Of a stretch of 64,000 bases of DNA, positions 54,646 to 64,000 are shown piece after piece. The notes below the pieces were generated by a model that worked only from the letters and a program-made list of their open reading frames with translations, made no database searches and had not been told where the DNA came from. Made by a program: the position numbers and the translations under genes. How positions within the stretch are numbered: the stretch's first letter is position 1; each line of letters begins with the position of its first letter. Location of the stretch: the NCBI RefSeq assembly GCF_009914755.1, contig NC_060935.1, one strand, 5' to 3'. The stretch comes from the human T2T-CHM13v2.0 reference genome, Homo sapiens.

Positions 54646-55359
54646 TACTGTCAAAGCAATGAGATAGATACATAGGTCTCTGTCAAAAATGTGCATACAA
54701 ATGACCTATTTGCACATGTAAGTGTCAAATCTGTATAATCTCTATTGAAGAATGGATCTCAAGAAGTTGTGGGAAGAATATGAAGCATGTCCTCCCAAGC
54801 TATATTGCTCAATTTAACTGAATATCATAAGTGATTGATACTTTAGAATAACCCCCAACTCAATGCTATGTGTATTTTTCAGGAGTCAACAGGATACCAA
54901 CATTGAGATCCTTCTCTTAAATGTAAAGAAACTTTTGCACAGAACTAAAAGTGTCAAAGTGGAGACTCAAACCTTGGCACATCCAAAGCCCATGCCCTTA
55001 GGGCTTATGCCAAGCTGTCAGCCTATTACATTTTATTACATATTGTAATTACCAACTGCATAAAAGTTTGAGATCTATTGACAGGCACTTTGAAATCTGA
55101 ATCAGCCAATTTAGAGCAACAGTTGAGAACACTGTTATAGGACATGCAGAATTAATAAAAGCTACACACCAAAATGGAACCTTGACCCAGGCATCAAGAT
55201 TTTGACCAGATGGTATGGGGTGCAAATCCACTGTGTCTAGCTTTCCGTCAAATCTACATGAATTGTTTGACACTCTAGAAAAAATTACTTGAGAAAAACA
55301 AACACAACACAATGGATACAATGGATAAAATATAAAACCCTCCCACGCCTGCCAAATAC

Positions 55360-55840
55360 AGTTCTGGTTTGTTTCTCCCCAGAAGGTGACATTGAGACAA
55401 GGATGTAGATACAGGCAGTCTTTATTTGAGAGGTCATCCCAGGAAGTACATGTGAGAAAGTGGATAAACTGAGACCAGAATAAGACCCCAGAGTTTCCCC
55501 TAGGGGTATGAAAGCCTCAGCATTTCCTCACTGAGGTGGCCTAAGCAAATCTCCCAAGGGCAGAGAAACTAAGACCCAAGGGCACTGGAAAGCGGAAGGT
55601 GTCAGCATTTGTAGGAACACAAACATGAGCACAGGGAGATGAGGCAGGGCAGCAACAGTGTCTGCTTCAAAAGAACAAGCATCACAGAACCACAGTGCTG
55701 TTTGCTCACTCACCTGCCTGTCTAAAGAACTGATGAGCTTCCAGCCTCTAGGAAGCAAAGGTAGCATCTTTCTAAACCTGCTGTCCTTATTTTGACCTTT
55801 TCTCTTGTGCACCCACATATCTGTTAGGCACCACATGGGC
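55360..55840 (-). mobile_element. Old ERVL LTR (LTR33/LTR16-like)
   Basis: ccccagaag...tgagacaaggat...tttatttgagaggtcatcccaggaag. Right end uncertain. Confidence 0.55.
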
Positions 55841-57796
55841 TCTCTACAAAGGCCCTCAGATGGTCTTTGTGTTTCTGCACTCTGTACTGGGACAGGAAGG
55901 GTGGAAGCTAGGGTAGGAAGGGCTGTGTTCCTGCCGCTCCTGCCATTGCTGCTGTTGATCCCAACTCTGCAGCCATGGCTGTAACACTATCTTCTCCTGA
56001 CCTCCACCTGATGAATACTGTATCAGGAGAGGCTAGTCTCTGCCCATGAAAGTGCCCATATGTGTGTTTTCTCTTCATTCTTCTCAGACTATGCTTTCCT
56101 TGCCTTCCTATTTTGATCCTAATCCATGCCTTCTGGAAAGAAAGCCTGACCCTTGGCCATTCACTCAAAGCAACAGGGAATTAATTGTCTACTAATAGTT
56201 TCAGAAGTGAGGTTTTTGCACCTTAAGATCTATTGGTGAGTAGAAGAAAATACTGGACATTTAATTTGTATATTTATCAACTAACCCATTTATAATTTCC
56301 ATCCATTTTATATCTTATGTTATACAATATGACATATAGTTTATAAATATACAAATATTGAGTGTGACCAAAAAACATTTTTTAAACCATGATGCACACC
56401 ACTAAAAAAGTTTGAAGCACCTGCTTTGAGATAATTCACCTGTTATCCCATGACACAGATCAATGACCTCTGTCAAAATCCCATTTTAAAAAATTCCAGT
56501 TTTTAAAGGAACATTTGGATGCCTGCTATCATTTGTCTAGAGCAGTCCCCTAGGTTTGAAAACCTTATGGCCTCATGGTTACAATGTCCAGTCCAAATGA
56601 CTCTGGGCATTCACTGTGAAATGTTTGATCTCCTTAACTCTGTAATTTGTTTTGGGGATTTGGTTTTTTAAAAAAACCTTTGAAGGAAGTGTCCTGTGGA
56701 CTGAGACTCTTTCATTGTTCCATCCAACAAATAAACTTACCCAACAGTAATTCCAAATACTAACTTATTGGAAAGACCATACTTATATTCTTGATGTCAA
56801 GTTCAACAGTTTTGTTGCACACAAGGTAAGCCATATTAACCTGACTTAATATGCTACACTTTTTCACTATTAATTAGATGAACAGATTGTCTTTTCATTG
56901 TGTTGTGTCTGCTTAACAATTCTATAAGCACCTTATGAACAAAGACCTTGTCATCTACTTTCTTTAACCTCCAAGAACACTTTGCAGACTGCTATGGTTA
57001 AAAATGACATTCAAGAACATGATACAATCATATGCAATGAAAGGATGTATTTATTCAACCTTTGAAAGTTACTCCCTGGTGTTGAAACAGATTTGGTGAT
57101 CAAGATTGTTATGAACATTCTGCGGCATCCTGGAATGAATGCAAGGTTGAAGGCAGCTGTGACAGTTCTGACAGCACCTGGTTCTAGTCAATAAGGAGTT
57201 AAAAATTAATCTACATGTGTTATTTAGCATTTATAAATTCCATCCTCTTGTCTGACTTTTCCAGGTTATTAATTATTGTTTTCACTCCTACGAGGAAAAA
57301 ATGACATACTTTGGTAGAGTGCTTTTCTATTTACAAGACAAATTCAAATTATCCGTTAAGTCCACACCAAAATCCTATGGAAAAGAGATTATTGTCATCA
57401 TCCCCATTTTACATAAGAGGATAATGAGGCTCGGATAAATTAATGCTTTGTCCAAGGACATTCAGATAAAAAGTGACAAATCCAGGGCACTTAAGCTCTA
57501 CTTTTGTTACTTCAAAGCCACAACAGGCTTTCTACGTCACTGACCTGCATCTTATCCAGTTCTTGTGTGTGTTTATGTGACTATTTTTCCAGAACTGCAG
57601 ATATAGAATACTGTCCTTTTATAAAAAAATAGAATAACATACATTGATTAAATTTTGATAGTTTTTTGCAGATGCCTGTATTTTGTTGACTCTTTTTGGT
57701 CACAAGGGCAGATTGAATTGATATTTTCAAAGAACAGATCTCCGGGCCTTCTTGGTAAGAAGTTATAGCTTAGAGCCTATTAGATTAAAAAGCATA

Positions 57797-58092
<296 letters not shown>

Positions 58093-59791
58093 AAAAAGCA
58101 TAGCATGGATTCCTTTTTCTTAGGAAGGCAACTTGTATTTAGGATAATCCTAGTTATTTTAGTTTAAAAAATCCAATATCATAAAGGGGTGATCTTACCT
58201 AACACTAATACAGAGAAGGTACAGACCTGAGGCTAACTGCTAGATAAATTTGCTATATCCATCCCTATGAACACAAATTATGGCTCTTAGTTGAATTTGT
58301 CCTCTTTTCTGTTTTTGTTTTTGCTTTTTTTTTTTTCAGGCTGGCTTGCTGCATATTGAGGAGCTGATGATCCTGTTTGCTTTAAATTTTCTATGAAGAA
58401 ATGGTCTCAGAGCCCAATTTTAATATCAGAAACGTCAACTACAGTGGGGCTTCATTTTTTTATGTCAGTTGAATGCCAGTATATTTCATTTGTGTAAACA
58501 GTAATTTACAAGTTATCCTTGGAACACTGGGTTTCTTGTCTCTTAACCACTGGCATGAAGGGGCCACCACAACCCTGCATTCTAGATAAAAAAACACTGC
58601 AGTAAGAACATGAAATAAAACCAAGTCTTTGTTCACAGTTAATAGTGTTTTAAGTTGTTTTGAAGTAAAAAAAAATGCAGAAAAATAAAAGACAAAAACA
58701 GTTTTTTTAGAGTTGCCTGAGAGATTTCAGTTCTATTTCATTTAAAGTTTGTAAAGGAAAAAAAAATCAATGATACTATCTTCTTTCTCTTCAGCATCAT
58801 AAATTGGTTCCCTGATTTTGAAAGTTAGAGTACGTAGTTACTCTGATTAGTTCCTGTCCTCTGGAGGCCTCCAACGACTTCTGTGAATAAGCAGCACTGA
58901 AATATTTTATCAATACATAAGTAAACAAGAGCATATCAGCAGTTAAGCACATTTTATGAGCTGAGTGAGATAGAATATTCATAAGTGTAATGGAACAGAG
59001 CATGAGCATGGGAGTGCCACATCTTTCAGAATAGAGAGACAACCTGCAGAGACATTAATGTTCCCAAACCATTTAAAAAATAAAATAGAATATGCTATGG
59101 ACTAGATACCATTGGGATGGTGTAAGAAGGAATTCTTCTATACAGGCTGCTAAATTTAATTTTTCTGAGAAAAATAGGTGAGTTGATTTATCTTTTATTT
59201 GTTATTTTTAAAAGTGAAGCTTTTGTTGATCAGTCTTTGTTTTTCATTTTCATGGCTGGAATACAATTAAATTCTATAGACAGATGGGCTTTAGCCATGC
59301 TAATTACTATGGTAATCAATTAACTCAGCTGCTGTTTAGAATAGAGAAAGCTACATAAACAACAATCTGAAGTTTTGTCTTTTATAAGACAGTTGTGGAA
59401 ACATTACCTATCATGTACATAATTCATAAAATATCTAAATGACCATGTTGTTATGGTACATTTTTTAAAATTTCTTTGGAATCTCTCAATATACTCTGTC
59501 CTATTTGGAAGCTAACAAATTTCATTCTACAAAGACTGACCCAAAATGTCACCATAAATGAAGTGATGTGCCATATAAATACCTGTTGAGGTGTCTTGGC
59601 CAGTGGCTAGATCTTTCCTGTTTGGGTGGACTGCATGCTATTACTCTGTACACTAAGGTTAAGAGTCTCATGTCACAGAGGTGAGTGTATGTGGATAACA
59701 TGAAAAGTGGTCATTTTGAGAATTTTTATTGTATGATAGATAAGTGTTTAGTACCATCAACAAATTCATAAACTATGATATCCACTAATTA

Positions 59792-60145
59792 CAGGCCGAA
59801 CATCCCTAAACCATAAATCTGACGTCCAAAAAGCTCAAAAATCTTAAACGTTTTGAGCTCCAACATGATGACACAAGTGGAAAATTCCACACCTGACCTC
59901 ACGAGACGGGTCTTAGTCAAAATGTAAGTTAAAACTTTGTTTTATGCACAAAATTATCGTATAAAATTACCTTCAGTCTATGTGAATAAGGTGCATTTGT
60001 AACATACATACATTTCGTGTTTATACTTAGGTCCCATTTTAAAGACATCTCATTATGTATAAGCGAATATTCCAAAACTTCAAAAAACTCTGAAATTTCA
60101 AACATTTCTGGTCTCATGCATTTCAGATAAGGGAAACTCAACCTG
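59792..60145. mobile_element. Tigger4 (Zombi/MER46)-type MITE
   Basis: TA|caggccgaacatcccta ... taagggaaactcaacctg|TA inverted termini. Confidence 0.82.
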
Positions 60146-60852
60146 TATATACATTCACATTAAACCACCCATAAATAATTTTGGAGATCCCTGACGCAGA
60201 CAACATCCACCTAGTTTCCAATAAAATATCTTAATAGGCTGGAGAATAATAAAGGCCAGGCTGAAGGGCAATGAAATGCCAAAGTCTTGAAGAAATCTTC
60301 ACGAACTCTAAAGCAGATGAAGGTGAATTGAGAAGAAGGCCACTCAGATTTCAACTCAGGGCACTGCACAGGCTTGTCCTCATGAAATAAAGACTACCTC
60401 TTCACTACCAAAAAGAAACACAGCATTCGTTATTTTTTGTCAGTGTGAAGAAATGTTAGGATGGGACAACCACTTTTTGAGAAGCTCAGACTACTATTCC
60501 TTTCCTATACCAATCCTACCATCTTAATGCATCCATTTGGTTATAGATCCACCAGGAAAAAATATGAACAGAAAAATGTACATTCATGTGAAGAGAAAGA
60601 GGTCAAGCAAGTGGTATGATACATCAAGGAAAGGATAGCTCTTTGGAACCCAGACAGGTACACTATAATCATGGTTAAATTTACCAAATCATTCTTCCAG
60701 GCCCACTTCAGTGACACTTCCTCTAGTGAGTATTCTGGACAGTCCCATTCACTCCCTGCACCCCACCTTATCCCAAACAAATAACCTCTACCTCCTCCTC
60801 TAAGCAACCACAACATTTTATTTACACATTTCTCATAACTCATTAATTTATA

Positions 60853-62112
60853 TTACATCTTATATGAAAATTAACTCATGATGGATTAAAGCCTTAAATG
60901 TAATACGCAAAACGATCAAAACCCTAGAAGAAAATCTAGGCAATACTATTCGGGACATGGGCATGGACAAATATTTTATGATGAAATCTCCAAAAGCAAT
61001 TGCAACAAAAGCAAAAATTGGCAAATGGGATCTAATTAAGCTAAAGAGCTTCTGCACAGAAAAATAAACTATCAACAGAGTGAATAGACAACCTATAGAA
61101 TGGGAGAGAAATTGTGCAGTCTAAACATCTGACAAAGGTCTAATATCCAGGATCTAAAAGGAACTTAAACATCTTTACAAGAAAAAACAAACAACCCCAT
61201 TAAAAAGTGGGCAAAAGACATGAACAGACACTTCTCAAAAGAAGATATGCATGCGACCAAAAAACATATTTAAAAAAGCTCAAGCATCACTGATCATTAA
61301 AGAAATGCAACACAAAACCATAATGAGATACAATCTAATACCAGTCAGAATGGTGATTTTTGAAAAGTCAAGGAAACAACAGATGCTGGTGAGGTTGTTG
61401 AGAAATAGGAATGCTTTTACACTGTTGGTGGGACTTTAAATTAGTTCAACCATTGTGGAAGGCAATGTGGCGATTCCTCAAGGATCCAGAACCAGAAATA
61501 CCATTTGACCCAGAAATCTCATTACTAAGTATATGCCCCAAGAAATGTAAATCATTCTATTATAAAGATATATGCACATGTATGTTCATTGCAGCACTAT
61601 TCACAATAACAAAGACATGGAGTCAACCCAAATGCCCAACAATGATAGACTGGATAAAGGAAATGTGGTACATATACATCATGAAATACTATGCAGCCAT
61701 AAAAAAGAATGAGATCATGTCCTTTGCAGGGACATGGATGAATATGGAAGCCATTATCCTCAGCAAACTCATACAGGAACAGAAAGCCAAACGTCTCATG
61801 TTCTCATTTATAAGTGGGAGCTGAACAATGAGAACACATGGACACAGGGAGGGAAACAACACTCACTGGGGTCTGTCGGGAGAGGGCAAGGGCAGGGGAG
61901 AGCATGAGGAAAAATAGTTAATGCATGCTGGGCTTAATACCTAGGTGATGTGTTGATAGGTGATGCAAACCACCATGGCACACGTTTACCCATGAAACAA
62001 ACCTGCACATCCTGCACATGTACCCTAGAACTTAAAATAAATTAAAAAGAAATAAACACAGATATATACAACAACAACAAAAAAAATAATGAATAAATAA
62101 ATAAATAAATAA
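60853..62112 (+). mobile_element. 5'-truncated L1PA (about PA10-PA12), ORF2 C-terminus plus 3'UTR
   Basis: ORF fragment LLHCWWDFKLVQPLWK...MFSFISGS; L1PA 3'UTR; compound A-rich tail. Confidence 0.93.
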
Positions 62113-62935
62113 CTATCCAAAGAAATACATGTTATTTGCTCATGACTGTTCTGGCACAATTTATTGTATTACTGTAAAGCAAATAAAAGAATTATGAAAA
62201 CATTAGTTATTTAACCTAAGGGTACAGCTTTTAAAATTCTGCATCTTTTCTAAATTGCACTGAAAATCTCAAGTTATGATTTAACTCTCTTAATAAGTCT
62301 TGATTACACGTTAAAGGTAATACAAGCACATACTTAAAGGAAGAAATCCCAATGTAGCAAGCAAATGTATTTATTTAACATAGTTTAATTACTGTATATG
62401 TTACATAGTGACATTTATGTAGGTATTCTATTTTTTTTCACTAAAAAGACAATTATTTTGCTTAGTACAGCAAGAGATAGTAGTTTAAACATCAACTGAC
62501 TATCATAACTGAAACCATCAGTTATGTGGATTTTTTTCTTTTTTTTTTTTGCTACATTTTTAGAAAGAGGCAAATTACAAAAGGTATTGTGGATTTATTA
62601 AAAAAATAACTTTGGGGTTATTTACTTGGTTAGTATGAAATCAGTACCATCTCTTCTGTTTTCTGGGCATTTAGGCCATACAATTAGAATTGATTTCTGA
62701 GTGATAGCCTGGAGACTCTGCAGGAATCTCACTTATCAAAAAAAATTTAATTATATTCTTATATTGTACTTACTAAGGGAGAAAAGTAAGGGAGTATACT
62801 TCACAAAGAATTCCTCAAGAAAAGTTTTGATAACCTCAGTTACTTAGATTTACATACCTCAATAATTCAGATAACCCATTTCTCAACAGACTACATGATA
62901 GGGATTTACGGTATAACAACAGTTTATGTTTAGGG

Positions 62936-62970
<35 letters not shown>

Positions 62971-62987
62971 TTTATATATATATATAT
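62936..62987. repeat. (GT)n microsatellite followed by (TA)n
   Basis: About 14 GT units at 62936-62963, then a TA run. Confidence 0.95.
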
Positions 62988-64000
62988 TTCCAATTACCTC
63001 CAAGTTCATTATACAGTCAGAAGAGGTTTTCATTTAAAATTCTGAGTTGGGACAATTATACATATGGTATTTGAATCACAAATCATGCTGGGTAAAATGA
63101 AAGAATCAAATGATGTATACACAGAAGTACTAAACACAGGAGGCTGTGTTTACCTTTACAGATTCCAGGCTGTTTTGCAACAGATATAAGGGGTGGATGG
63201 GTGGCTGGACTATGGAATCCAAGGGATCCCTGCCAACCCTGACATCCTGTGACCAATGAAATGATGACAGCTCATTGGCCAGACCTTGAGGCTTTTTGCT
63301 TTCCAGTGTCTGTTCTCAGTAAAAGGTAAAATGCTGAAAAACAAATAAATGTAAAGTGCCACCCAAAGTAAAAAAATTACAGTGAGATAATAAAACACAT
63401 CACATAGAATTTAAATATGTTCAGTATGAAGGCAATGGTATAGAAAAAAAGATGTTAGTTTCTTTTCATGTGAACTCACAATTTTTGCTTTATGAAAAAC
63501 AAAAGGAAGCTTATTCTACAAAAATAATTTCATTTGCTATTAAAAAAAACAAAAGCCCCAGTATAATCCTCCTCGCTATGGTTTTAAGAACAAATTGTAC
63601 AAAGCTATTTGGGGAAAAAAGATAAAGGAAAACTGAATTAAAGTCTTACTGGTTTCTCAATCTGTTCTTTAGCAGAGTAGTTTGCATGTGACATCTCACA
63701 TGATAATTGTTTCCAAACTCAGGGGAAAGCACTAGTAATCTCTGATAAACTTGTCAGGGTGCAAAGAACCATAACATAATATTATTGAGTCAAAGGGTCA
63801 TTCATTCATCTGTAAAAATGGTGAAAATTACAATGCTAGATTTTTTTTCTTAAAATTAAAAAATAATCCTTATATGATGAAACACTGTCTTTCCAGTTGA
63901 AAGCTCTAAGTCAGGTCATCTTCCTTCTCACCTTTGTGTCTCCACTCTGGCGCACCCTGCATGGCTGACTCCTTGTCATCTTTCTAAACCCAGTTCTTTC

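Noticed and set aside
62504-62526. 9-bp hairpin cataactga/tcagttatg
   Set aside because: Within chance expectation for 64 kb of AT-rich DNA; too short for a miRNA precursor.
62113-64000. Nested intronless gene DDI1, recalled to lie in PDGFD intron 1 on the opposite strand
   Set aside because: No long ORF, ubiquitin-like/aspartyl-protease peptide or CpG-rich promoter in this window. If my recollection is right it lies beyond the right edge.

Overview
Primate (human-like) genomic DNA from inside the PDGFD gene (platelet-derived growth factor D), which is transcribed on the minus strand. Only two coding exons are present: exon 2 (30142-29938) and exon 3 (26132-25952). Together they encode the CUB prodomain. 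The rest is intron 1 (right), intron 2 (3805 bp) and intron 3 (left). These introns are dense with repeats: three L1PA elements (one with a twin-priming 5' inversion), eight Alus, about a dozen solo LTRs (many with readable target-site duplications, TSDs), DNA-transposon MITEs, MIR/L2/L3 relics and an AT minisatellite. Nearly all other ORFs in the track are L1/Alu/LTR debris or chance. I see no novel gene system. The most interesting sequence-level observations are: (1) two tandem near-perfect branch points, each spaced correctly for one of two exon-2 acceptors 18 nt apart; (2) a possible CUB-only intronic-polyadenylation isoform and an exon 2-3 circRNA architecture; (3) fold-back/templated micro-insertions and a 53-bp local duplication; (4) an AP-1/CRE motif cluster in intron 3. 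Repeat subfamily names come from recalled consensus sequences and need RepeatMasker/Dfam confirmation.
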